Shown here: positions 37,401 through 48,249 of the stretch, piece by piece
How positions within the stretch are numbered: position 1 is the first letter of the stretch
How the letters are laid out: every line of letters starts with the position of its first letter
DNA from: Guillardia theta CCMP2712
Taxonomy: Eukaryota > Protista > Cryptophyta
Direction of reading: 5' to 3'
NCBI RefSeq assembly: GCF_000315625.1
Contig: NW_005434663.1
Span: forward strand, 835,882 to 899,881
DNA length: 64,000 nt
Position numbers and translations under genes: made by a program
The notes under the pieces: generated by a model
The model's database searches: none
What the model saw: only the letters and a program-made list of their open reading frames with translations
Told to the model about the DNA's origin: nothing

Positions 37401-37589
37401 CACCATGTCCTTGCAGTCCATCGAGTAAAACCTGTGCTCACCCGAAGTTTGACACAGAGCAGCTTGCGCCATGAAGCGACAGAACAACTCTCTTGCTGCT
37501 GATGCTGCTGCTGCAGCTCCACCACCACCCGCCTCCTCCTCCACACTCATCATCACTACTAGAAGCGCAACTATCCACCATCGGAGCAT
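34060..37589 (-). CDS. RIO1: RIO1 atypical kinase with N-terminal signal peptide + LRLRGG leader (3' end approximate)
   Basis: [89 protein letters not shown]. Confidence 0.92.
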
Positions 37590-38327
37590 GAGCAGTTTCG
37601 TTTCAAACTTTGGTCGTTAAACTTGCATGATAAGTTTTGAAGTTATGAAAGTTTAGTACCCCTACCCTTCCATTTGCCTTTGATCCGGGGGTACAAACTC
37701 CCCGACCTACCAGCCTCTAAACCGGGAGGAACACGCCACCCACCACCATGTCGCAACATACTCCGAGTATGCCGATCCCTCCTCCTCCTCCTCCTCCTCC
37801 TCCTCCTCCTCCTCCTCCCCCTCCGACTCTCGCTTCAGATCGAACCACCACTTACCTAACTTCAGGAATCTCGCAGAGAAGGACGCAGACGACTAGAATG
37901 GGAGAGTATCGGCGGATTACACTGATTTGCTGCAAGTGTGCGAAAATCATCACTCATAATGGTTTCCACGTCCTCCTCTTCCTCACCAGGCACACTGTTT
38001 GCTATCAAAATGGGATAAGTTCATTGCGTCCTGGTCCGATCCATGCGGTTTACTTGGGATATCTTGTAACATCCGCAGCTGATTATTTTGATTCCGACTT
38101 TAGGGCAAATAATGATGATTACGGGAGTGACATATCTTCTCGTTGAGGAGCATCATGTTTGTCCGCCGGAGCTTCGCTAGGTTTGTATGAAGACGCTGAT
38201 TCAAATGCCACAGTGCAATCTGGTCACCTCCGTTAACCATTTGTACCATGACGAGCTGAGGTCGGAGACGCTCCCTACCAGACGCGATTACTTTCTGCTT
38301 TACCAACCTGTAATTGGCTTGTGCACT

Positions 38328-38427
38328 NNNNNNNNNNNNNNNNNNNNNNNNNNNNNNNNNNNNNNNNNNNNNNNNNNNNNNNNNNNNNNNNNNNNNNNNN
38401 NNNNNNNNNNNNNNNNNNNNNNNNNNN
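38328..38427. other. Assembly gap (100 N)
   Basis: Run of N. Confidence 1.
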
Positions 38428-38579
38428 CCTCCTCTACCACCTCCTCCTCCTCCTCCTCCTCCACCACCACCACCTCCTCCTCTCCCTCCTCCTCGTCCTC
38501 CTCCTTTCACTTTCCTCCCATCATTGCATTGACTAACCCTCAAGTGCTCTTACTGTCTTCTCCTCTCCTCGCGCGGCTC

Positions 38580-41500
38580 ATGACTGACCTCAAGCAGGAA
38601 GCGTCCGGTCGGAGGTCTCAGCACGGCGATCAACCGGAGCCCCCAGCCTACCCGAGAGATCTGATTCCCGATTACGCGGTAAAAGCGCTGCAAACCATGG
38701 CGAGGTTCTCAAGTTAAGTTGGCAGAGTCACACCGATCCGAGCGTGAAGGCGAAGAGGCGAAGCAGGATGCCGGTGAGTGTGGGGAAGGGTTCCTGCCAG
38801 TCATGACGGGTAACTCCCTCTACCTTGTCAGAGCGGTTCAGCATGAATGTAGCTGGCTTGACCCTCGCAGCGCGAGGAGCAGATCGTCACGAAAGGCGGT
38901 CTCGTATCAGACCGTGACATGCAATCCAACAGCAGGCGGCTATCTGATGGCAACGTGTGCAGGAGGGAGATGACGACGAGGTCTCGGCGGGAGCCATCAG
39001 CAGCCGCAGGAAGCTTGAAGGAGGTGAAGGCCTCTCGCCTCTGAACCTGCTCCCCCCTCACCCCATTCCCTGTCAGAGGCCTCTGCCTTCAGCTCGCGTA
39101 GTCGAACCTCCAAGAAGAGTGCCGCCATGACGACACCTCGCACGCCAGTGGGTCCAGGAGAGGATGCGGAGCTGAGGGATTGAAGCTTCCCTTGTCAGAA
39201 AGATGCCAACAGCGAGGTTACGTTTGGAATGACGGCTTGCGGCGCTTGTCATACCCTCCTGGTCACCAAACACAGCGATTACAACCTCCTGCTCGCCTGC
39301 GGGAACAACAGGTTGCTGCCTTCAACTCATACGACCCTCACACACTTGGCGCAGGAATGGACAACTCGGGGTTTATGATAGGCAGGAGAACAGAAGGCTT
39401 CTCAATTGCGATGAATGCTTCATTCTGTAGGTTGCATGATCTCTGAAGCTGCTTGCTTGACGCTCTTGCTCAGGCAAGCTCTCTTCGAATGCAAGGCATG
39501 CCCGATGGTATAGTGAGAACAGCTTCGGAAACTGTGGTGGTGATGGTTACTCGCAGGTGCTGGAGCAGGACTACAAGCGAAGAAGGCGATATTGCGAGTC
39601 CTGCAAGCGGAACATACACAAGAGGAAGAAGAACAAACTGCATGAAATCCTTGAAATCCCGGTATCCTTCCATCATCTCTCGGGCTTCAGTAATTCGGAC
39701 TGTGGGGGGCCAGAGGCCAGACAACAGGAAGTACGTGCTGACCCCTACCCCCGTGAAGGCCTACGAGAAGGATATCCTCGACACGCTTCAAGGTCCCAAG
39801 AGGATGACCAGCGGTGATCTGATGTTTCCCAAGGTCCTCCGCCAGAAGAAGATGAAGAAGAACTCGAGGAGGAGCGGCAGATTGCGATGGTTGGAGACCT
39901 CAATCATGTGAGTTGTTAACCAGTTGTGTCGTTGAGGACTGAGCTTGCAAGCACTCAGGTCTTCTCTGTCTCTTGCGGCGAATTGCATTCAGCAGCTGTC
40001 GTTAAGAATGTCTACGAGAGCGATGGATTTGTGTACACGTGGGGCTGTGGAGGGGGAGGCAGGCTGGGCAATCATGGTAGCCACAACCCTGACTACACAG
40101 ACAAGTTCGAAGCTCATATCGTGCATGCAAGAGAGTACGAGGAAGAGTCGGGGGAGGTTCAACTCGTGCCTTTCCTTGCCAAGGAAGTCTCGTGCGGCGG
40201 TCAGCATACCTGCGCTCTCAACTCGTCTGGAGAGCTGTTCTCCTGGGGAAACAACCGATACGGACAGCTCGGGAGATCAGTTTCCGAGGGGTCTGAAGTC
40301 ATGAGAGATTGCTTTCCGATGCCAGTGGAGATGCCTAAGGGAGTGTCTGTCACCATGATAGCTTGCGGCGACTTGCACTGCGTCTGCATCGCCGACATTG
40401 TTTCTCAGGATCGTTCGGGGCTCTTCAGCTGGGGCTGCGGTGACAATGGCAGACTCGGCTACCCAGCAGGGGCCCACCAGCCGACCCCTCGACTCATCGA
40501 GTTTGACTTGCACGAAGATTTCGTTGGCGTCTCTTGCGGTTCAAGTCACAGCGCCGCCATCACCTCCAAGGGCCATCTCTACACGTGGGGGAGCAACGAG
40601 TCCGGTCAGTGCGGGCCCTTCAAGCTGCCGGCCTTGCAAGACTTGAAGGAGAGCCAAGTGTCGCCCCTCCCGCCCGACATCTGGAAGCCAAACCTCGTGT
40701 TGCTCGAGGACGAAACGAGCCCAGCAGAAAGACCTGCAAAAGAAGCAACGCCCACCAATACCACCAAGAAAGAGAAACGACCAGGCCTTGACAAGAGCGT
40801 AGAATTGACGCAGCAAACCCAAGAGGTGATTGCAGGAGAGAAGTCTGTTAGAAGTGCAGGAACGTCAAGGCATAAGCATGATTCGCATGTCTCTGAGAGC
40901 AAGCAGAGCCTTGCCTTGCAAGTGGCATGCGGAGAGAATCATACTCTCGTCTTGGTTCACTCCAAGCTTTGGATTCTTGGGTCAGGCCTTGATCGTCGCC
41001 GTCGTCTTGATAACATGGAAATAGAGAAGATCAGCAAGAAGAAAGAGATTGTATCATGATCTTTCAGGTTTCATAGTTGACCTCTTGTCTAGGTCAAGCT
41101 AAATGAAATCTTTCTCCCACGGAAGCTTCAGTTTGCGTTCACAGACACGGCAGAAGTATCAGTCCGAGATGCGTCGGAAGAAGAGGAGGAATTCGGTTAG
41201 ACGATCGACCTCGAGGACGCTCCTTGACTCGCTGACCTTTCACTAGACCCGGGAGACGCAGTGCGATACACCAAGACAGTCGTCGAGAAGTTCAACCCAG
41301 ACGACCCGGCTGCTCCGCCTGAGATCGAGGAGCACCACTGCTTCACCTTCACCTACTCAGGAGACTTAGAGATCAAACCTGGATCTGTGCTCGCTTTCAC
41401 GGGTCCCTGTGCTCCCCAAGGGCTGATGGTAGAGTCAGTTACGGAAGGCCCCTGGTTCACAGTGCTCGGGAAGACGAACCGAAGCCATGGCGATCAGCAC

Positions 41501-42530
41501 CAGAGCTCCGACGATGACTGGCACAAGTGGATGGGTCCTAACACTAAGCCTTTCTATGTCTATGTGAGTTGCCCACTATCTTGTGACTGGCTGTCACTGA
41601 TTGTTTGGCGCGCAGAAAGTTCAGCTGAGAACGTCCAAGGGAAGTTTCACGGAATACGACCGGCTGTACAGGAACAGCAAGATCACAAACATGTTCTTCT
41701 GGAAGGTTCCAGATGAGCTGAACGTTGAGACAGACAAAAGTACTCCCATCGTCTACATCCTCGGATCCACCATGCAAGACGACGAACTGCAAGCGGGCGA
41801 TAAGCTGAGCGGCAAGAAGTCTGGTGCGGAAGCGCTGGTGATCACTGGCATGGAGCTGCAACTGGATCCCAAGAGAAATCCTCTGGTTCGCTGGTACCAC
41901 AGCAAAGACGACTACCACACCCACCACAAGTTCACCATCGAGGTGGACGATGACAACCTCAACGTTCGCCATCCGACCTTCGCTCACTTCATCTCTTGGA
42001 TGAATGAGCATGTCAAAACGGAGAACTCCAAGAACATGCTGATCTGCCTGAGGAAGAGCATGCCGAGCATCACCTCCATCTCCAGCAGAGGTTTCCATGC
42101 CTGCGCTCTCACTGACGACGACAAGTTGCTTATCTGGGGCAAAGGCGTCTCGGGGAGACTCGGGCTCGGGAACGAAGTGGACCAGTACGTTCCCATCATC
42201 ATCGAGTTCGATGGGGGGAGCGTCCCGGTGAAGGAGCTGAGCATCAAGGATGAGGGGATAGTGGTGGAGGCTGTTTTCACCGAGGTGCCCGACGGGCTCA
42301 AGGTTGGAGACAGGCTCAAGGAAGTGAGCTACCGCACGATAGGACCCGAGTACTCCATCGCCATGGTGAAAGAGCTCTTCAACGGGCCCATCGACAGCGT
42401 GTGCCGCATCGTCATCGAGAGGATGGTCAAGGATGAAGATGATCTGCTCGGGGAGGAGGAGCAGCTGAAGGAGCTTGTAAAGTATGTGAGACGGGTTGAC
42501 TGGAGGGAGATCATTACAGAGGGTGGCTGA
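38580..42530 (+). CDS. RCC1-repeat protein, multi-exon (start uncertain, next to the gap)
   Basis: Repeats VSCGELHS..VYTWGCGGGGRLG, VSCGGQHTCAL..LFSWGNNRYGQLG, IACGDLHC..SWGCGDNGRLG, VSCGSSHS..YTWGSNESGQCG, WGKGVSGRLGLG. Confidence 0.85.
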
Positions 42531-42773
42531 GAGGAGTAGGGAGGCAACGATCGTGTCAGGGGGGCGACGTGTTGAGCTGTAGATATGTGAGATAGTACTC
42601 TTAAGATACAAGGAACAATAAATGAACAAGAATGTCAAGATTTCTCGCATATTATTGACAACTGCACGTCACAAGACTGCTAGACTGTGTACTGGAGCAA
42701 CTGTCAAACGAGGCATGAAATCGTCCACGCTAACGTTACACATCTGAGATCTCCTTCTCCAATCAATACTACT

Positions 42774-43932
42774 CTACAAATCATCATCTATCCTCGAGAT
42801 CCTCGAGCTCAGCTTCCTTTGGTTCGCCTTCAACAGTTCCATCCAAGACTTAAACTGAGAGATGTCTGCCCCATACTCGAACGCTCGCGATAGATCCTCT
42901 CGCATCTTCGACAGCTCGGTGACAAGGTCCGCATCTTCATCTTGCTGCACAAGACCAGACAGCTGTGACACGAGATCGTACTGCCGCTCCAGCGCATTCT
43001 TCAACGTGTTCAAACTGCACAGGTATGAGACACTCACAAAAGGCAAAATACCAAGGTGTGCCAAGGATGCACATGCAGAACACTACACGCAGCAGAATGA
43101 ATATTGGCAGGACATGCAGCAGAACGGTGGTGTTGGCAGGAAATATGAGGAGACAATAGGAATACAGCATGAGAGAAACAATCGTCTGTGGGATCAATGA
43201 GGACACAATGATCTGCTGCAACTGAAAACTTACAAACTCGTCAAGGTGGTTCCTTGAGGAGCGCCTTCAAGGTTCAGATATTCGTTCAGATCCTGCTGAG
43301 ATATGAAATCGGACTCATTGCTTACGAGTCGACTGTCTTCATCATCTTCCACTGGACTCGCAGCATTCTTATTGGCGCCGACATTAAAGCTCCAAGAAAA
43401 AGTTGAGAAAAATTCAGGGATTGCCTTGAGACCACTCTGCATACAGTCCGAGATCTTTGCAACATTGAGGCAAGAGCTCGTTTCTGATGTAGTCTGTCTC
43501 AAACTCTTCCAGATTCCTGTCAATAGCAGGAGTTAGAACATCGTCGATTCCTGGGAATCCACTGGAAACAACTCCCGTTTCCCACCTCTAAGTTTAGGCG
43601 TGTCAGGGCAGATGCTCAGGGGTAGGCAGCTGAAGGGGATTTCGACAGTCAGTGAAATAAAATTCCCAATGTTCGAAATGTATCGTTTGAGATATGGAGC
43701 AGAAAATGAGCAAACTGAGCGCTGAAATAGTTTGATCTGGCCTACAACATCAACTGCTGAGAACACACATGTCTTGTATACGAATATCTCTTGCAGCAGA
43801 TGACGAACAGAGACTATCAACTTGCAGAGAAGCCGACTATCACAGTCAATCAACTCACCTTGAATATGACAATGAAGGAAGGAGGAAGAGGAGGAAGAGG
43901 AGACAGAAGGCAGGTAGGCGCGCGCCGAGCAT
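42774..43932 (-). CDS. Hypothetical protein with signal peptide and KLRGG motif, multi-exon
   Basis: ATG at 43932 gives MLGARLPAFCLLFLLFLLPSLSYS followed by a GTGAG donor; PKLRGGKR at ~43575-43598; coiled-coil last exon. Confidence 0.55.
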
Positions 43933-44894
43933 GGCGATCGGAGGGACACAAATGTGAAGAATGGGGATGTCTGGTTTCAAGGGGGTGGTCTCAGAAGGGG
44001 GGGGGGGGTTATGAAGAAAGGTAGGTACGTGATGAAATTAGTCTAAGTGGGGGTCATTTTTCCTGATTCATCAATGTACGGGGCGGGGGTACTATTGCTA
44101 CAAAATCCAATCACGGGGGTGGTACTGTGAGATGTATTGCGACAGCTAGTAGAAATGGGGGGTAGGGGAATAAGATAGAAGCGGGGGTGGGGTGATACCG
44201 GGGGTGGGAGTGCTCCTGGTCGGGCAACCGAGAACTACCCCCTTCTTCAGACTTGATGAAAGTAGACTACCAGGGTAGGGTAGTAACATCATTTGGTGGG
44301 GGTAGGTGGTAACCTGAGGATGATCTGGGGGTGTGAACAATGCAGGGGTGTCACAAGACGAACCGATGCGTTGCTTTACATGTGGGTGGGTGATAACAGG
44401 GCAAGAAGGGGGTGATGACATGAAGTACATGGTGGGGTAGTGGATGATGGGGGTGCTTTGTTGTGTAGGACGCAAATGTTACAGGGTGGTGGGGTAGAAC
44501 AATGAGGGGTACAGTATGGTATCAGGGGGGTACTTGTATGAAGCAAAGGTAACATTTCATGGGGTAGCGAACGGTCACTCTGTTCAATACCAGGGGGTAG
44601 GGTGGTGGTATAAGGTGAGGGGTAGGAATGCCGCAACTCTTCATTTGAACTGAGGGACAGCTCTGTAGTAAATACTCTGAGAGTCTGGCCCGGACAACTT
44701 TCAGCCGGGGCCCACCATCAGTTATCATAACTAGTAACTTGGCAATCTGATAGCACCTGCGTTGATGTCGTGAAGACAAACGGTCTAAAGTTAGTGAGTC
44801 TACAAGTTTGTACGGTCGGATCGTAAACTTGATTGAGAAGGCCAACCAAAATACGATGACCTTGGAACTGAAGCCATTCCATAAGTGCCAAAGC

Positions 44895-47857
44895 ACACGC
44901 GGCGGCAGCTCCTCCCTTCCTTCTCCTACTCAACTGAGGCCGTCCCTTCTCCCTCCCCTTAGGCTCCTTTACCTGCTGGCTCCCCGCCAAGATCATCTGG
45001 TTGTACCTGTCGTAGTGCACCTTGCGGTTCAAGCTGATCACCTTCCGCACCCTCCTCGCGTTCCTCACAACTCGCTCGTACACGTTCCTCACAAACGGCG
45101 ACTGCGGCACATCCGACTCGGCCTTGCTCCCGTCCGCTGACACCAGCCGCAGCCATCGCTCCTCCATCGGCCCGTAGCTCTTCTCCAAGACCATCGCAGG
45201 CACCTCAAGAAGCCTCTCCAGCATCTCCCTCGAGTACGCTGACGGCTGGCTGGGCGACAGGCAAGAGGCGATGAGCTCCTTCTCTGCCGCTGACAGCTCG
45301 GCCTCGAAGCTCGACGTCGCTGCCTTGACGCGCTCCTCCCTGTCGACATGTCAGAACACATATTAGAAGTAAATTTTCAGATACATCAACATACCTATCA
45401 TCATCGATGGGACAGTTTTCGATGGTGCGCTGATTCTTAGGAATGCTGCCCGTCTGTGAACCAGTTGTAGCCTTGTTCTGTGGAGTAGCGGGTGTGATGT
45501 GCGTTGTATCAACTTTCGATTTAATCTCGACGACTGCCTTCTCCATGAAGAAAGAACTCAATGTGATTTTCTGCTTCTCGAGCTCTTTCAACGCAACCTT
45601 ACACAACGAAAACAAAACCGTAGCATGAGCGCACACATATGTCATAACGATTGGCATAGCTTCCTCCTGGTTATGGATGATAACATCCTTGGGTATGTAA
45701 TTGCAAAATCCTTCTTGGCGAGGCAACCTTCAAAAAGAAAGCACGATGCTTATGGCTGTTCTCTCGAACAAAACAGTTCCTCATCCAATTGGGATCGAGC
45801 TTCTGAGCTCCAATGAGGTATTCAATGTCTTGGAAATTGACAGCTATCTCCTCGTCTCTTCAATGGTGCGAACGTTGGTCTTCCTTTTCCTTGGCTCAAA
45901 GAGCATCTTCATCAATGCTGCTCAAAGCACTGAGAATCTCATTTACCTTCACGATGCTCATGTCCAAAACTTGAGTGATGACATTCTTGAACTGAATAGT
46001 GCTTTCCCTGTGAGCTTTTGCCTTGGCAATACATGATTTCACTCGGGAGCTGGCAGAATCAACTGTTATAAGCCCAAGACCAAGAGATAACTGTAAGAAA
46101 TCCTCGTCTTCACCATTGGTAACTAATGCTCTGTAACGTCGTTTACCTGTCGGTTGATCCAGGTTGAACGACATCCTGGGAATGTTTGGCGCCAGCTGCT
46201 CGTTGGTCATCCGGCCGGGCAGCGAAGACAGCCCGGACGCATTCGTCGAGGACGGTAGCTCTGCTGGCCTTGAGCTGCTCCCGGCCCCTTGCGAGGAGGA
46301 CGATGCTGCCTCCTCCGACGGCTCCGCGTCGACCGCAGTGAAGCCTTGCTGCCTTAGCGCCTCGTCGAAGCTCTCCAGCACCTGGGCTCCTGCGATCTGT
46401 AGCAACTTGGCTCGGAGCTTCGCCTTCTGCGCTCGGAACTCCTCCTTCATAGGCTCGGTGAGCTTGAAGGCGGGATCCAGTAGCGGCTCGTGCTCGTCGA
46501 GCTTGAAGGTGGGATCCAGTAGCAGCTCGTGCGCCAGCTGCTCGTTGGTCATCCGGCCGGGCAGCGAAGACAGCCCGGACGCATTCGTCGAGGACGGTAG
46601 CTCTGCTGGCCTTGAGCTGCTCCCGGCCCCTTGCGAGGAGGACGATGCTGCCTCCTCCGACGGCTCCGCGTCGACCGCAGTGAAGCCTTGCTGCCTTAGC
46701 GCCTCGTCGAAGCTCTCCAGCACCTGGGCTCCTGCGATCTGTAGCAACTTGGCTCGGAGCTTCGCCTTCTGCGCTCGGAACTCCTCCTTCATAGACATGT
46801 ACTCCTGGGCGTAAGGGCTGAGGTGTGACTCCGCGCGGTAGAGGGCGAGAAGCGCATGCTTGATGCGCTCGGTGAGCTTGAAGGCGGGATCCAGCAGCAG
46901 CTCATGTGCCAGCTGCTCGTTGGTCATCCGGCCGGGCAGCGAAGACAGCCCGGACGCATTCGTCGAGGACGGTAGCTCTGCTGGCCTCGAGCTGCTCCCG
47001 GCCCCTTGCGAGGAGGACGATGCTGCCTCCTCCGACGGCTCCGCGTCGACCGCAGTGAAGCCTTGCTGTCTCAGCGCCTCGTCGAAGCTCTCCAGCACCT
47101 GGGCTCCTGCGATCTGTAGCAACTTGGCTCGGAGCTTCGCCTTCTGCGCTCGGAACTCCTCCTTCATAGACATGTACTCCTGGGCGTCAGGGCGGAGGTG
47201 TGACTCCGCGCGGTAGAGGGCGAGAAGCGCATGCTTGATGCGCTCGGTAAGCTTGTACTCGTCCGGGACTTTCCAGTCCTTGAAGCGAGCGAGGTAGACG
47301 TTGAGCTGCTTGAGGAAGGGCCTCCACGAGCTCCAATCATGCTGTGTGAGAGGCTGAGCGCGAGAGCTCTCAATGCTCGAGCAGATGTGCCTCAAGGTAG
47401 TGACGAGGTCGGCGGCGGCATGCTGCACTTGTTTCTCGAGGTGGCCGATGCTCTCGAAGCAGCTGCCGGGTCGGTTGACGACGAGGAAGGCGGCCATGAG
47501 GACTCGGACGTTGAACTGCTCTACCGTCTCGTCCTTGTCCAGTCGGAGGCCTCGCCGGACGACAGCGCGCTTGATGAGGAAGATGACGCTGGTGACGAGG
47601 CGCTTGAAGTCTCGGATGACCCACTTCTTCTGGGAGCGAGCTGTCATGTCAGGGAAGCGAGCCTCTGCGGGCCACTCAGCAATCAAGGACGATCTGGCGA
47701 GTCTTGCGAGGAGGCTGGGGAGGGAGAATCGGAAGGCGGGGCCTCGGAGGAAGCGAGCGATGCAAGCAGAAGCTGAAACGGCCGCACAAGAGGGCCGGAG
47801 GGAGAGGGAGCCAAGCTGGACGGGGGGATGCTGAGGTATGCTGGGAAGGGAGGACAT
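44895..47857 (-). pseudogene. Rearranged inverted copy of the TCP11 gene (internal triplication, central domain replaced by 840 bp of unrelated DNA)
   Basis: Near-identical to 48250-49230 and to ~50144-50590 in reverse orientation; 653-aa chimeric ORF 45896-47857. Confidence 0.85.
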
Positions 47858-48249
47858 TGGGACAATGTTTGGATGGCAAGGGACAGGGCAGGAGGAGGGT
47901 GAGGAGATGCCCTACCCCACCCATGAGCTGAAATCAGACCCCTCCATTTTACTTGGTTTATCTTGTATTGAAGGACCCGTACAATTTGTACCCCCACCCC
48001 CCTTTTCCTAGCTCTGTCGAGCCTGCCTCAGGGCATACTCAAAGCTATGCCTAGTTCCCAGCTATCAGGAACGTTCCCTCCCTTCCTCCCTCTCACACGC
48101 CGCTCCTCCTCCCACTCGCTTCCCTCCCTCTCACACGCCACTCCTCCTCCCACTTGCTTCCCTCCCTCTTACACGCCACTCCTCCTCCCACTTGCTTCCC
48201 TCCCTCTGCACTGTCGTGCCAAACATTGTCACCTCCAAACATTGTCCCA

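Noticed and set aside
41544-42650. 368-aa minus-strand ORF
   Set aside because: Antisense shadow of the GC3-rich RCC1 gene exon
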